A stretch of DNA of 64,000 bases from an uncultured delta proteobacterium (GTDB lineage Bacteria > Myxococcota_A > UBA9160 > UBA4427), in assembly GCA_963822965.1 (NCBI GenBank), contig CAWGJT010000005.1, positions 96,001 through 160,000 of the forward strand, written 5' to 3'. The translations under genes were made by a program, and so were the position numbers. The notes under the pieces were generated by a model. That model had not been told where the DNA came from. It made no database searches and worked only from the letters and a program-made list of their open reading frames with translations. Shown here piece by piece: positions 1 through 13,107 of the stretch (position 1 is the stretch's first letter; every line of letters starts with the position of its first letter).

Positions 1-526
1 ATTCGCTTGGGTTGGGACCCCTTGCGGCCGATGTGTCAGGATGATATGTGGCCGAAAGCCCACGATCCGCACGACATCGCCATCCGGGCCGGAATCTCGA
101 CTCGACACCGTCCCCAGGCCGTCGCGCATTCCGGGCCACGTCGGGAAATCGCTTGTGAGTCGGCGATCCGGCCGGCATACTTGCGGGTCGCTCGGCTCTG
201 CTCCCGAGAGCCCCGAGAATCCCGCGACGAGGGGGCGACCCGGCCGCGTTCTCACCCGGGTCGCCGAGAGGTGAAGACGAGCACCGAACCCAGCGGCACG
301 AGGATCCGAACGCAGCGGACCCGTACCGTACGCCGAGAGCCATTCCGAACACGCGCCACTAGCAGGCGAGTCAGGACCCCGACAACTTGAAACCGGCCCC
401 CGGCGGGCGGTATCCGAATGCCATTGCAAGCCATCTCCACGGGGGTGGGGCGGTCCGTACAGGACACGACGCAGGGCAAGCAAGGCCAGGGAATCGCACG
501 GGTCCAGGGACCGTCGAGGTAAACCG

Positions 527-1916
527 TTGAGCGCTGACAACCAGAAGAAATCCACCAAGCGAGACGACTCGCGCCAGACCGCCATGGGGGCGACCCCGGT
601 GGTGGCCGCCGAGGAGCTGGATCCCGGCCGCGAGCGCCGCCCGCTGGAGTCTTACTTCCAGGAGATCGGTGGAACTCGCACGCTGAAGCGCGAGGAGGAG
701 GTCTTCCTCGCAAAGGATCTCGAGTCCGCCACGGCGGAGCTGCGCGCGGCGCTCTACGCGATCCCGCTGCTCGGCCACGCCACGTGGTGGCGCGCTGGGA
801 CGCCCTGCGCGCCCTCTCCCACACCGGCGCCAAGCTCTCGGAGTCGGTTGGCGACGAGGAGACGGGTGAGATCGCGGCGCGCGTCGAGCGCGCGGTGAAG
901 AAGCTGCGCACCCTGCTCGAGGAGCGCGAGAAGAAACTGGGCCGGACGACGGGCACCTACAGCAAGGCCCTCGAGCGCATCGACGCCAAGATCAGCAAGG
1001 ACATGCACAGCGCCCAGCTCTCGCTGGCCGTGCTCGTCGAGCTGCGGGAGCGGGCCCTCGCCTATGCGGCCGAGATGCGGAAGGTGCGGGCGCGCAGCCG
1101 GCGTCTCGCCGAGCTCGAGGTCGAGGTGGGTGTCCCGAAGAAGCGGATGATGGAGCTCGTCGCAGACGTGGAGAACGCCCACGATCGCATGACCACCGTC
1201 AAGAACCGCTTCATCGAGCACAACCTGAAGCTGGTGGTGGCCATCGCGAAGGACTACCGGAACCTGGGTCTGTCCTTCCCCGACCTGATCCAGGAGGGCA
1301 ACCTCGGCCTGATCCGGGCGGTGGAGAAGTTCGACCACCGGCGCGGGCTTCAAGTTCTCGACCTACGCGGTGTGGTGGATCCGGCAGGCGCTGGTCCGCG
1401 CGATCCAGAACCACTCGCGGACGATCCGTCTGCCTTCCCACGTCCACGACCGGCTGCAGCGCAGCCAGCGCATCCGGGCGGAGCTGACCGGCAAGCTCGG
1501 CCGCGAGCCCACGCCCGCGGAGCTGGCGCCGGCACTCGGCACGGACACCGAGGCGCTGGAGGCCCTCGACCGGCTGTCGCGCGAGGCCATCTCGCTCGAG
1601 TCCAACGTGGCCGGCACCGAGAAGCGGCTGGAGGACTTCGTTCCCGGACCCGCTCAGCTCCGCGCCGGACGGCGGCATCGACGACGACCGCATGCGGTCG
1701 GGCGTCGGCACCCTGATCGGCACGCTCACGCCCCGCGAGCAGCTCATCCTCCGCCTGCGCTACGGCCTGGGCGGCGAGGAGGAGCACACCCTCGAGCAGA
1801 TCGGCCAGTCCCTGGGCCTGTCGCGCGAGCGCGTGCGCCAGCTCGAGGCCCGGGCGCTGAAGAAGCTGCGGGAGACCCAGCCCGCCCAGCGGCTGCATCC
1901 GATCCTGGAGCCCTGA
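527..1916 (+). CDS. RNA polymerase sigma-70 factor, RpoD/RpoS family (frameshifted in this assembly)
   Basis: Pieces in successive frames: region 1.2 [15 protein letters not shown], region 2 [37 protein letters not shown], region 4 [31 protein letters not shown] start after GAGGT. Shifts near 780, 1347 and 1650. Confidence 0.9.
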
Positions 1917-1987
1917 GCTCGAGCCCTGAAGCGGAAGTGCGCGGCAGGCCCTGGAGACGCTCCGGGGCCTGCCCATCTCCGCGCGAT

Positions 1988-2772
1988 TCAGTGCAGCCAG
2001 GCCCAGAGCAGGAAGGTCGATCCCGCCAGCCACGCCCACCAGGCGAAGCGGTAGAAGACGTTCGGCCCGCAGCATGCGGACGAAGAGGTAGAGGGCGAGG
2101 ACGCCGCTCACCAGGGCGGCGGCGGAGCCGAGCCCGATCGCGGCGAGCTGCTCGACCGGGACGCCCCGCAGGTCGGGCAGGATCAGCACCGCCGCTCCGG
2201 TGATCGCGATGATGCCCAGCAGGAAGCTGAACTCGGCGGCCTGCACGGGCGCCACGCCCAGCGCCAGGGCGGCGGCCACGGTCGAGCCGCTGCGCGAGAT
2301 GCCCGGCAGGATGGCGAAGGCCTGGGCCACGCCGATCAGCAGGGCCCCCGCCCAGGTAGGCTCCTCCATGCCGCCGGTGCGGCGGGTGAAGCGGGTCGTC
2401 CACACGATCCCGCCCGTCACGAGCAGGAGGCAGCCCACCGCCGGCGCGGACGAGAACTGGGCGCTCGATGAAGTCCTTGGCGGTGAGCCCCACGAGCACC
2501 GCCGGTACCGTGGCCAGGGCCAGCTTGCCGACGTAGCGGATCGAGTCCGTGCGTCCGTGCAGGACGCCCACCACCAGGCCGCGGATGCGGCGCTGGTAGA
2601 AGATCAGGATGGCCACGAGGGTGGCGACGTGCACGGCCACCTCGAAGAGCAGCCCGTGCATCTCGAGCCCGAGCAGGGACTCGAAGATCACCAGGTGGCC
2701 GGAGCTCGAGACGGGGAAGAACTCGGTCAGACCCTGGACGATGCCGAGCCAGAGGGCTTCGAGGTCGCTCAT
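1988..2772 (-). CDS. uppP: Undecaprenyl-diphosphate phosphatase (frameshifted)
   Basis: LGIVQGLTEFFPVSSSGHL and AILPGISRSGST/AAEFSFLL BacA motifs split over frames; shifts near 2462 and 2065. Confidence 0.9.
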
Positions 2773-5700
2773 CGCCCGCCGGCCACCGGTGCAGACGCCT
2801 CCGTCGCTTCGCCCGCACCGGCCTCGGCCTCCCGGAGCAGCCGGAAGGGTCGCCGGAAGCGGTCCAGGGACACGTAGGTGGCGGGCACCACGAAGAAGGT
2901 CAGCACGGTGGAGAAGATCATGCCGCCCACCACCGCGACGCCCAGAGGCGCACGGGACTCGCCGCCCGCCCCGAGCCCCAGGGCGATGGGCAGGATCCCC
3001 ATGATGGTCGCGGTGGCGGTCATGAGGATGGGCCGGAAGCGGGTGCGACAGGCCTCCAGGGTCGCTTCTCCCAACGAGAGCCCCCGCTCGCGCAGCTGGT
3101 TCGCGAACTCGACGATCAGGATCGAGTTCTTGGTGACGAGCCCCACCAGCATCACGATCCCGATCTTGCTGAACAGGTTCAACGAGTCGCCCACCATGCT
3201 CGAGCGCGATCAGCGCGCCGGTGAAGGACAGGAAGACCGCCACCAGGATCGACGAGGGGATCGAAGAAGCTCTCGAACTGGGCCGCCAGGACCAGGTACA
3301 CGATCAGGATCGCCAGCGCGTACGCGGACACGATGGCGTTGCCCGACTCGTAGAACTTCTCGGCCTCCCCGGCGAACTCGGCGCGGTAGCCGCCGCGCGG
3401 GGGCAGCGAGCCCTTCGCGATGGCCATCATGCGCGCGAGCCCCTCGCCCTGGGAGGTGCCTTCCCGCAGCGAGGCGCTGATGGTGACGGAGCGGAAGCGG
3501 TCGTAGTGGGGGAGAGAACGCGGCGAGGTCGTCTCCCGGGCCTCGGCCACGGCGGCCAGGGGAATCAGCTCCCCGTTCCCCCGCACGAACAGCGAGACCA
3601 CGTCCCGCGGCGAGGTCCGCTCGCTGCGCGGGAGCTGCGCCATCACGTTGTACGTCTCGCCGTCCTGCTTGAAGGTGGAGATGTCGAGGCCACCCAGCAT
3701 GATCTGGAGGGTGGTCGCGATCTCCTTCATGGACATGCCGAGATCGCTAGCACGCTCGCGGTCGATGGCCACCTCGAGCTGCGGCTTGTTGAGGACCAGG
3801 TTCGAGCGCACGTACCGGAAGATGCCCTCGGCGTTCGCCTTGCGCTCGATCTCGTCGGCGACCCGGGCGAGCTCGTCGAGCTCGGGCCCCTGGATCACGA
3901 CTTCGACCGGCGAGCCGCCGAAGAGCCGCAGCGGGTTCGGATTGAGGGGGCGCGTGCTGATCCCGGCGATGCCCGAGAGCTCGTCGCCCAGGGAGGCGAC
4001 GATCTGCTGCTGGCTCCGCTCGCGCTCGGCCCGGTCCACGAGCTGGGTGAAGAGGATTCCCTGGTTCACCACGCCGGGGGCGCCGATGCCCAGGGCCACC
4101 ACCGACAGGGTGCGGCGGATCTCGGGGACGGCCATCAGGAGGGCTTCCGCCTGGCGCTGATAGCGGTCCATGTACTCGATCGTGCTGCCCTCGGGCGCCT
4201 CGGTCCACACCAGCACCACGCCGCGGTCCGCATCGGGCATGAGCTCCTCGGGCAGCTGGCCGTAGAGCCAGAAGCCACCGAGCACCCACAGGATGCCGAA
4301 CACGAGGGCACTCGCGGCCAGGACCGGCCGCGAGACGAGAGGCCCGACGAGACGGACGTAGCCGGCGGTGAGGCCCTCGATGTATCGCGCCGAAGACCCG
4401 CTTCAGGCCGCGTTCCTCCCGGCGAACGCCCAACACCCGGGCGCACAGCATGGGCGCCAGCGTCACGGCCACGAAGCCCGAGATGGCGATCGCGCTCGCC
4501 ACGGTCACGGCGAACTCGCCGAAGAGGCGCCCGGTGGTGTCCCGGAGGAAGACGAGCGGCACGAAGACCGAGACCGCCGACACCGTCGCCGCTACGACCG
4601 CGAAGGAGATCTCGTCCATTCCGCGCCGGGCCGCCTCCATGGGCGGCGTCCCGCCTTCGACCCAGCGCGTGATGTTCTCCAGCACCACGATCGCGTCGTC
4701 GACCACCAGACCGATCGCGAGGGTCACCCCCATCAGGGTCAGCGTGTTGATCGAGAAGCCCGCGAAGTACAGGAAGCGCGAAGGCGCCGACGATGGAGAC
4801 GGGGATGGCGACGGCAGGCACGATCGTCGCCCGCACGCTGCGGAGGAAGATGTAGATGACGAGCACCACCAGCAGCGACGCCTCGAAGATCGTCCGGGTC
4901 ACGTCGGTGATCGACTCCCGGATGAAGGTGGACGAGTCGAAGGCGACCTCCAGGGTGAGCCCCTCCCCCAGTCCGGCGCTGATGTCCGCCGCCTCCTTCT
5001 TGACCGCCTCCGCCACGGCGAGGGTGTTGGCCTTCGACTGCTTGATGACGCCGATGCCGATGGCCGGCGCTCCGTTGTAGCGGACGAGCTTGCGCTCGTC
5101 CTCGGGGCCCGTCTCCACGGTGGCGACGTCCCCGAGGCGCACGAGCTCGTCGTCGACCTTCGCGACGATCATGCGCTCGTACTCCCGGGGGCTCTTCAGC
5201 TCGCCCAGGGCACGGACGGTGAACTCCGTGTCCCGGCTCTCGACGCGGCCCGAGGGAATGTCGACGTTCGCGCGCTGCAGCGCCGCCACCACGTCCGCGA
5301 CCGTGAGGTTCTGGGCGCCCAACCGGCGGTTGTCGATCCAGATACGCATCGAGAAGCGGCGATCGCCGCCCATGATCACGCTGGCCACGCCCGGCAGCTT
5401 CTCGAGGCGGTCCTTCACCCGGTCGTCGACGATGCGGGTCAGCTCGATCTGGTCGTAGTTGCCTCCGTAGAGCGCCAGGAAGAGAATCGGCTGTGCGTCC
5501 GAGTCCGTCTTGGCGACGACGGGCACGTCGATCTCGTCGGGCAGGTCGCCCCGGGCGCGGGCCACCCGGTCGCGCACGTCGTTCGCGGCCGCTTCGATGT
5601 CGCGATCGAGAGAGAACTCGATGCTGATCGAGGAGACCTGCTCGCGGCTCTCGGAGCGGACGTGCTTGACCCCCTCGATGCCGTTCACGGCGTCCTCGAG

Positions 5701-5898
5701 GGGCTGGGTGACCGAGGTCTCCACCACCTCGGCCGCGGCGCCGGGATAGACGGTGGTGACGGACACGATGGGCGCGTCGACGTCCGGGAGCTCCCGGTTG
5801 GGAAGGCGCGGCAACGCGATCACGCCGAACAGCACGATGATGAGCGACATCACGGTGGTGAGCACCGGTCGCTCGATGCAGATCGCCGAGAGCCTCAC
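2769..5898 (-). CDS. RND efflux transporter permease, AcrB/AcrD/AcrF family (frameshifted)
   Basis: IERPV N-terminus, AIGLVVDDAIVVLEN, YLVLAAQFES, GLVTKNSILIVEFAN and RFRPILMT motifs across four frame segments. Confidence 0.92.
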
Positions 5899-6956
5899 GA
5901 AGCCGGCTCCGCCGGCGCGACGGCCCGCACCCGCTCGCCCGCCATCACCTTGTTGGTTCCCGCCGAGACCACGCGGTCTCCGGGCGAGAGGCCTTCGACG
6001 ATCTCCACCCGGCCCGCCTGCCGCAGGCCGATGTGGACCGGCACCTTCTCGACGCGATCTCCCTCCACCACGCGCCACACGTAGATGCCGTTCCGGTCGT
6101 AGACCATCGAGGCTTCGGGCACGAGCAAGGCGCCGTGGCGCTTCGACACCTCGACGTCCACGTTGGCGAACATCCCGGGCTTGAGGCGGTGGTCGGGGTT
6201 CTGGATCCAGGCCTTCAGGACGAGACGCCGCGAGGCCGGATCGATGGTGGGCGAGACGAAGAAGACGGTTCCCGCAAAGCTCTCGCCGGGGAAGGCCGCC
6301 ACCCGGGCCTGGATCTCGCCGCCCATGCGCGCCAGGGCGACGGCGGTCTCCGGGACCGTGAAGAGGAGCTGAAGCCGGTCGACGGCGCTGATCGCGACGA
6401 GGCCCGTGTCGTCCTCGACGCGCTCCCCCGGTGCCACCAGCCGGGCGCCCGGGATTCCGTCGAAGGGAGCCCGAACGCGCATCCGCTCCAGCTCGATCTC
6501 CGCGATCTGGAGCTGCGCGCGGGCGGTCTCCAGCTGGGCGCGCGTCTCTTCCATGCGCGCCAGGGACGAAGCGTCCCGGCGCGCCAGCTTGTTCTCCCGC
6601 TCGTAGACCTGTTTGGCGAGACGCAGCGCGGCGCGGGCCTCGTCCACCCGGGCCCGCTCCATGTCGTCCCCCAGGTAGAGCAGCACGTCGCCCTTCTCGA
6701 CGGGCTTGCCCTCCACGAACTCGATCCGGGAGACGACGCCGGCGGTCTCGGGCTGGACGACCACCGAGTTCTCGGCCTCCAGCTGACCCGTGAGCGAGAC
6801 CGTGTCCACCAGGGTTTCCGGCACGAGGGTCGTCACCTCGACGGTGTCCGGCGTGGGCTCCGGGCCGGCGGCCGCGGGGGCGTCGTCCCCGCCACAGCCG
6901 ACCACGACGAGTCCGAGGCACAGGGCGGCCACGAGGGGGAGGCTCCCGACGCGCAT
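5895..6956 (-). CDS. RND periplasmic adaptor (membrane fusion) lipoprotein
   Basis: Lipobox VVGC, VRAPFDG and LKPGMFANV motifs; overlaps the permease start. Alternative in-frame ATG at 7052. Confidence 0.9.
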   Translation of the reverse strand: MRVGSLPLVAALCLGLVVVGCGGDDAPAAAGPEPTPDTVEVTTLVPETLVDTVSLTGQLEAENSVVVQPETAGVVSRIEFVEGKPVEKGDVLLYLGDDMERARVDEARAALRLAKQVYERENKLARRDASSLARMEETRAQLETARAQLQIAEIELERMRVRAPFDGIPGARLVAPGERVEDDTGLVAISAVDRLQLLFTVPETAVALARMGGEIQARVAAFPGESFAGTVFFVSPTIDPASRRLVLKAWIQNPDHRLKPGMFANVDVEVSKRHGALLVPEASMVYDRNGIYVWRVVEGDRVEKVPVHIGLRQAGRVEIVEGLSPGDRVVSAGTNKVMAGERVRAVAPAEPAS

Positions 6957-7129
6957 CCGGACGCCACCGCACCGCTCGCGGAGCGGGCCGGACACATATC
7001 GGAGGGCGGAGTCGGAACGCGAACGGGCTCTTCGGAAGCAGTCGCGTCGCATCGGGCGCAGTCTAGCAGCCGCGTCGCATCGGGCTGAATCCAGCAGCCG
7101 CGCGACGCCCGCCCCGGCCCCGGGGCCTG

Positions 7130-7345
7130 CTAGCCCTGATCCGTCATACGGATCAGGGCGCAACTCCCGATGCTGTCCGGATCCGCGCGTCTGCTCGGCC
7201 CGTGCCGCGATCCGCGCCTGCCGCCAGGACTTCACGGCAATGAGTTCCTCGCGCCCAGGCAGGTTCCAGCGACGTCGCAGGATCCGCAAGGGCTGGCGGG
7301 CTCTGCGGCACGCGGGAAGCTGGAACAATGCCGCATTGGGGCTAG
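7130..7345. mobile_element. ~216-bp MITE-like element, copy 1
   Basis: CTAG at both ends, imperfect terminal inverted repeats, terminal hairpin GCCCTGATCCG-N5-CGGATCAGGGC; colinear with the reverse complement of 18452-18668. Confidence 0.8.
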
Positions 7346-7474
7346 CATCCGCGCCCGTTCGCCGCCCTGGAATCCGAAGCTGAATCCGGACCAGACGGTG
7401 CGCGCCGGACCGCCGATTTCGAACACGACCCACCGAACCAGTCGAACACGACCGCCGAACCGAAGGAAATCGCC

Positions 7475-8086
7475 GTGGAACTGGCCTGCCTGGACCTGGA
7501 AGGGGTGCTCATCCCCGAGGTCTGGATCAACTTCGCGGAGCGCACCGGCATCGAGGAGCTTCGTGCCACCACCCGGGACATCCCGGACTACGACGTGCTG
7601 ATGCGCCAGCGCCTGCGGATCCTGGCGGAGCACGGCCTGGGGCTTCCGGACATCCAGGAGGTCATCTCGGGGATGCGCCCGCTCGAGGGGGCCCGCGAGT
7701 TCCTCGGCTGGCTGCGCGAGCGCTTCCAGGTGATCATCCTGTCCGACACGTTCTACGAGTTCGCCGAGCCATTCATGCGCCAGCTCGACTGGCCCACCCT
7801 CTTCTGCCACCGGCTCGAGGTGGACGCCACCGGCCGGGTCGTCGATTACCACCTGCGTCAGGCGGACCCGAAGCGCCAGGCGGTACGCGCCCTCAAGGCC
7901 CTCAACTTCCGGGTGATCGCGACCGGAGACTCGTACAACGACACCAGCATGCTCGCCGAGGCGGACGCGGGCATCCTCTTCCGCCCGCCGCAGAACGTGA
8001 TCGACGAGTTTCCCCAGTACCCGGTCGCCACCACCTACGAGGAGGCTCGGGCGGAGTGGGCCCGCGCCTCGTTGCGCGATCTCTGA
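7475..8086 (+). CDS. thrH: Phosphoserine phosphatase / homoserine phosphotransferase
   Basis: [39 protein letters not shown] and [10 protein letters not shown] motifs. Confidence 0.93.
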   Translation: MELACLDLEGVLIPEVWINFAERTGIEELRATTRDIPDYDVLMRQRLRILAEHGLGLPDIQEVISGMRPLEGAREFLGWLRERFQVIILSDTFYEFAEPFMRQLDWPTLFCHRLEVDATGRVVDYHLRQADPKRQAVRALKALNFRVIATGDSYNDTSMLAEADAGILFRPPQNVIDEFPQYPVATTYEEARAEWARASLRDL

Positions 8087-8102
8087 GCGGCGACCCGACC
8101 CT

Positions 8103-8915
8103 TCACACGCCGGTGTTGCGCGTGGCGTCCAGCTTGAACATGCGCCGGCCGGCGGCCTGATAGGTGAAGACCATCGCTCGACGAGGCCGAGGCGAGCGGT
8201 TGGGCTCCGATCCGTGCACCGTGTGGGGGCTGAAGAAGACGAGACTCCCGGCCGGAGCCACCACCGGCACCTGGCTCGATGCGTCGAAGCAGGCGGGATC
8301 GGTGAACAGGGGGCCGAGGGTGCTGCCGTCCCGAGTGCCGGGCAGACAGCCCCGGCGGTGGGACCCATGGACCACGCGCAGGCAGCCGTTCTCCTCGTTC
8401 GCGTCGTCGAGGGTGACCATCACATTGGGGAGCCGATCCACGTCGTCGTGGGCGTGCGTCCAGTAGGGCGAGTCCTGATGCCATCGGAACGCCGAGCCCT
8501 CCAGGGGGCGCTTCAGGTTGATCTTGTCGGTCCACAGGGCGACGCCGGCGGTGCCGACGAGCCCGCACATGGGATCGACGATGCGCGGGTCGTCGATCAG
8601 CCGTTCGAAGACCGGGTGGAGGTGGTGGAAGGGCTCGATCACCCGAACGGTGCTCGCGGCCTCGTTGTGCTCGTACTGGATCGTCTCGCCGGCTCCCTCG
8701 ACGTAGCGGTTGCCGTCGATGCGGTAGTCGCGCCCGTTCCGGCTCGCGGCCTCGGCGCGGCGGACGACCGCTTCGCCGGCCTCGCGCATGACCTCGATCT
8801 CGTGCGTCTGGAACGCCGCCTCGCGAACGAAGAATCCGCCCTCCGTCCAGGCGCGCTGCTCGCGGTGGGTGAGTGCGTATCGGCGCTCGCCGACGTCGGC
8901 TGCCGCTTCGGCCAC
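8103..8915 (-). CDS. Phytanoyl-CoA dioxygenase family 2OG-Fe(II) oxygenase
   Basis: WHQDSPYW, NGCLRVVHGSH and HGSEPNRS motifs; GTG start inferred. Confidence 0.85.
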   Translation of the reverse strand: MAEAAADVGERRYALTHREQRAWTEGGFFVREAAFQTHEIEVMREAGEAVVRRAEAASRNGRDYRIDGNRYVEGAGETIQYEHNEAASTVRVIEPFHHLHPVFERLIDDPRIVDPMCGLVGTAGVALWTDKINLKRPLEGSAFRWHQDSPYWTHAHDDVDRLPNVMVTLDDANEENGCLRVVHGSHRRGCLPGTRDGSTLGPLFTDPACFDASSQVPVVAPAGSLVFFSPHTVHGSEPNRSPRPRRAMVFTYQAAGRRMFKLDATRNTGV

Positions 8916-8950
8916 GGGGTTCCTCTCGGCTCGGGTTGCTGGCACGAACG

Positions 8951-10759
8951 CTACCGCTTGCGGTGGCTCGCGGACAAGATGCGCTTGCGCAGGCGCAGGC
9001 TCTTGGGCGTCGCTTCGAGCAGCTCGTCGTCGGCCATCCATTCGAGCGCGGCGTCGATGGTGAGCCGGCGCGGCGGCGTCAGGATGGGCGAGTCGTCCTT
9101 GCCCGCGGCCCGGATGTTCGTCAGCTGCTTGGCCCGGCACACGTTGACGTTCATGTCGCCCGGGCGGCGGTTCTCGCCCACCACCTGCCCCTCGTAGACC
9201 TCGTCGCCCGCCCCGATGAAGAGCGTGGCCCGCTCCTGGATCTTCGAGATCGCGTGGGCGGTGGCACGGCTCGTCTCGCTGGCGACGATGCTGCCCACCC
9301 CGCGGCCCTCGATCACGCCCGCGAAGGGCTCGTAGCCCGTGACGCTGCGATAGAGCACCCCCTCGCCGCGCGTATCCGTCAGGAACTCGCTGCGGTAGCC
9401 GAAGAGACCGCGACTCGGCGCCACCCACTCGAAGCGCACGCGCCCGGACTGCTGCTCCATCGAGACCATGCGCCCCCTGCGGGCCGAGAGCTTCTCCATC
9501 ACCGAGCCCGCGCAGCCTTCCGGCGCGTCCACCACCACCTGCTCCACCGGCTCGCAGGAGCGGCCTTCGATCTCGCGCAGGATGATCTCGGGTCGCGAAA
9601 CCGCGAACTCGTAGCCCTCGCGGCGCATGGTCTCGATCAGCACGGAGATCTGGAGCTCGCCCCGGCCCGCCACCGTGAAGGAATCCTGGCGCTTGCCGGA
9701 CTCGACCTCGATCGAGACGTTGGAGAGGGTCTCGCGCTCGAGCCGCTCGGCCAGCTGTCGGCTCGTGACGTACTTCCCCTCGCGACCCGCGAAGGGCGAG
9801 GTGTTCACCTGGAAGTCGACGCGGATCGTCGGCGGGTCGATGGCGATGCGCGGGAGCGGATCGATCGCGCCCGGGTCGCAGATCGTGTCCCCCACCTGCA
9901 CCGAGTCGACGCCCGCGAGGATCACGATGTCTCCGGCGCGGCCCTCCTGCAGCTCGACCCGCTCGATGCCGCGCGTCCCGAAGAGCTTCGAGACCCGGAA
10001 CGATTCCGCCTCGCCGTCCTCCCCCACGCACACCACGCTGCGGCCGCGCACGATCCGGCCGCGCTCGACCCGTCCGATCACGAGGCGCCCCACGTAGTTG
10101 TCCCAACCGAGCGTCACCGCCTGGAACTGCAGGGACGCCTCGACGTCCACGAGCGGCGGCGGCGCGTGCTCGAGGATGGCCTCGAGCACCGGGCGCAGGT
10201 CGGTGAGCGGGCCGCCATGCTCCCGACTGGCCTTGCCCTGCTTGGCCGACGCGTAGACCACCGGGAAGTCGAGCTGCTGGTCGTCGGCGCCGAGCTCGAC
10301 GAGCAGGTCGAAGACCTCGTCGAGCACCTCGACCGCCCGCTCCTCGGGTCGATCGATCTTGTTCACCACCAGGATCGGGCGCAGCCCGTGCTCCAGCGCC
10401 TTGCGCAGCACGAAGCGAGTCTGGGGCATCACTCCCTCGACGGCGTCCACGAGCAGCAGCACGGAATCCACCATGCCGAGCACCCGCTCCACCTCGCCGC
10501 CGAAGTCCGCGTGCCCGGGCGTGTCGACGAGCTGGATGCGCACACCCTCGAACTCGATCGAGGTGCTCTTGGACTGGATCGTGATGCCGCGCTCGCGCTC
10601 GAGATCCCCCGAGTCCATGACCCGATCGGCCACGGCCTGGTTCGCCCGGAAGGCGCCGGTCTGCCTGAGCAGGCCGTCGATGAGCGTGGTCTTGCCGTGA
10701 TCCACGTGCGCGATGATCGCGAGGTTGCGCAGATCCTTGCGATGCGACGGCTCGGACAT
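8951..10759 (-). CDS. typA: Translational GTPase TypA/BipA
   Basis: [55 protein letters not shown] and [10 protein letters not shown] motifs. Confidence 0.97.
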   Translation of the reverse strand: MSEPSHRKDLRNLAIIAHVDHGKTTLIDGLLRQTGAFRANQAVADRVMDSGDLERERGITIQSKSTSIEFEGVRIQLVDTPGHADFGGEVERVLGMVDSVLLLVDAVEGVMPQTRFVLRKALEHGLRPILVVNKIDRPEERAVEVLDEVFDLLVELGADDQQLDFPVVYASAKQGKASREHGGPLTDLRPVLEAILEHAPPPLVDVEASLQFQAVTLGWDNYVGRLVIGRVERGRIVRGRSVVCVGEDGEAESFRVSKLFGTRGIERVELQEGRAGDIVILAGVDSVQVGDTICDPGAIDPLPRIAIDPPTIRVDFQVNTSPFAGREGKYVTSRQLAERLERETLSNVSIEVESGKRQDSFTVAGRGELQISVLIETMRREGYEFAVSRPEIILREIEGRSCEPVEQVVVDAPEGCAGSVMEKLSARRGRMVSMEQQSGRVRFEWVAPSRGLFGYRSEFLTDTRGEGVLYRSVTGYEPFAGVIEGRGVGSIVASETSRATAHAISKIQERATLFIGAGDEVYEGQVVGENRRPGDMNVNVCRAKQLTNIRAAGKDDSPILTPPRRLTIDAALEWMADDELLEATPKSLRLRKRILSASHRKR

Positions 10760-11220
10760 GGTTCGAAGGTCTCTCTGGACGATCGCCCGGCCGTCCGAAC
10801 GGGAACGGTGGCGATTCGCGTGGGCTCGACCGCTCTCCCTGCGGAGTCGTCGAGCAGGCTTGGGAGGGGTTTCCGCGGAGACCTTCGGTCGGGTTTCGAC
10901 CGGGCCTCCCGACCAGGCTGGATCGATCCGACCTGCCGACCGGGTTCCGCTCCCGGCACCGTTCCCGGAGCCCCCGGTCTTCGGCGGCGTCGAGATTAGC
11001 AGATCCGCCGCACAGCGCCGTCGAGCCTCCGTTTTACCGAAGTTTCACATGCCGCCCACTGCCCGACTCCGATGCGGGGCTTACCGTTCGGACACTCGAA
11101 TCCCCCGATCGTCCTCGTCGTGCCGCGGCAGGTCGCATGGACCGCAAGGGTTGCTCGCAAGGAGCCGGAGGCGGCGGCAGGGTCGAGGCGGCGGAATGCA
11201 CGCCGAACGGAGGAGGACGC

Positions 11221-12183
<963 letters not shown>

Positions 12184-12334
12184 CACCGGATCTTCGCGAC
12201 CTTCTCGCTTCGGTCTCCTCGGCGTACGGGAGTACGCCTCCGGTGACCTACGCTCCGAGGGCCCCGAATCTCCGGCACTCTCGACCGCCTCGCGGTCCGT
12301 GACCTCCGGCGCTGGCTCTGGCTCTGGTCTTGGC

Positions 12335-13026
12335 TCAGGCGGGTTCGGCGATGGGGAGGCGGAGGGTGACTCGGGTGGTGTCGGATTCGCGTTGGACGCT
12401 GACGCCGCCGCCCCACGGATCGAGGAGGCTTCCGGCTACCCGGCAGAGGAGGGCTCGGCCGGTGCGTCCGGTCTCCTGGAAGTCCGGGAGCGCGTCGTCG
12501 GCGGCGGCGTCGTCCTCGAGCTGGAAGACGATGCGAGCGCCCGCTTCGGATCGCACCGCCACGCGCACCTGGCCCCGGGGCCGCGCCTCCTCCACCGCGT
12601 AGTAGGCGAAGGAGACGAGCAGGTGGTGCAGCACGTCCTGCCTGGCCGCGACCTCCGGAAGGGCCTCCCCGTCGACGACCTCGATGCCCACGCCGCGACC
12701 GCCGTACTCCTCGAGCGCATCGCGGACGCCCCGCAGCAGCACCCCCGGTTCGACCAGCGAGGTCTGCGCGCCCCCCGAACCCGCGAGCAGGGGACGGATC
12801 AGTGCGAGAAGCGAGCGGATCCGGCTCGCCGAGTCGTCGATCTCGACCGACGCCGAGCGAGCTCTACCGCCGAGGCGTCCCCGTCGATCAGGTGGGCGTT
12901 CAGGCGGATCGCGCCCACCAGGTTTCCCACCTCGTGGCACAGGGCGAAGACCAGCTCTTCGGATGCCCCGCGTGCCTCGGAGTCTTGGGCGCTGCTCGAA
13001 CCGGAGCGGGACCCGGCGTGCTTCAC
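12335..13026 (-). CDS. Sensorless histidine-kinase-like protein / histidine phosphotransferase (frameshift near 12855)
   Basis: H-box [12 protein letters not shown] followed by a degenerate HATPase-like domain. Confidence 0.65.
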
Positions 13027-13107
13027 GAGGACACCTCCCGACCCGACGAAGGTAGCCCCCACGGCGCGACGCGGTACCGGCCGCAAGCCGGTTATACTCG
13101 CGCTCCC

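Noticed and set aside
1..526. ORFs and recurring CCGAGAG words upstream of the sigma gene
   Set aside because: No recognisable protein or RNA motif, and repeat spacing is irregular.
527..5898. Frameshifts in the sigma factor, uppP and RND permease as pseudogenes or programmed frameshifting
   Set aside because: Single-base indels also hit groEL, ADH and PP2C while the protein sequences stay conserved and no slippery sites are evident; sequencing or assembly error is more likely.
12184..12334. CTCTGG micro-repeats between convergent genes
   Set aside because: Short low-complexity sequence with no functional evidence.
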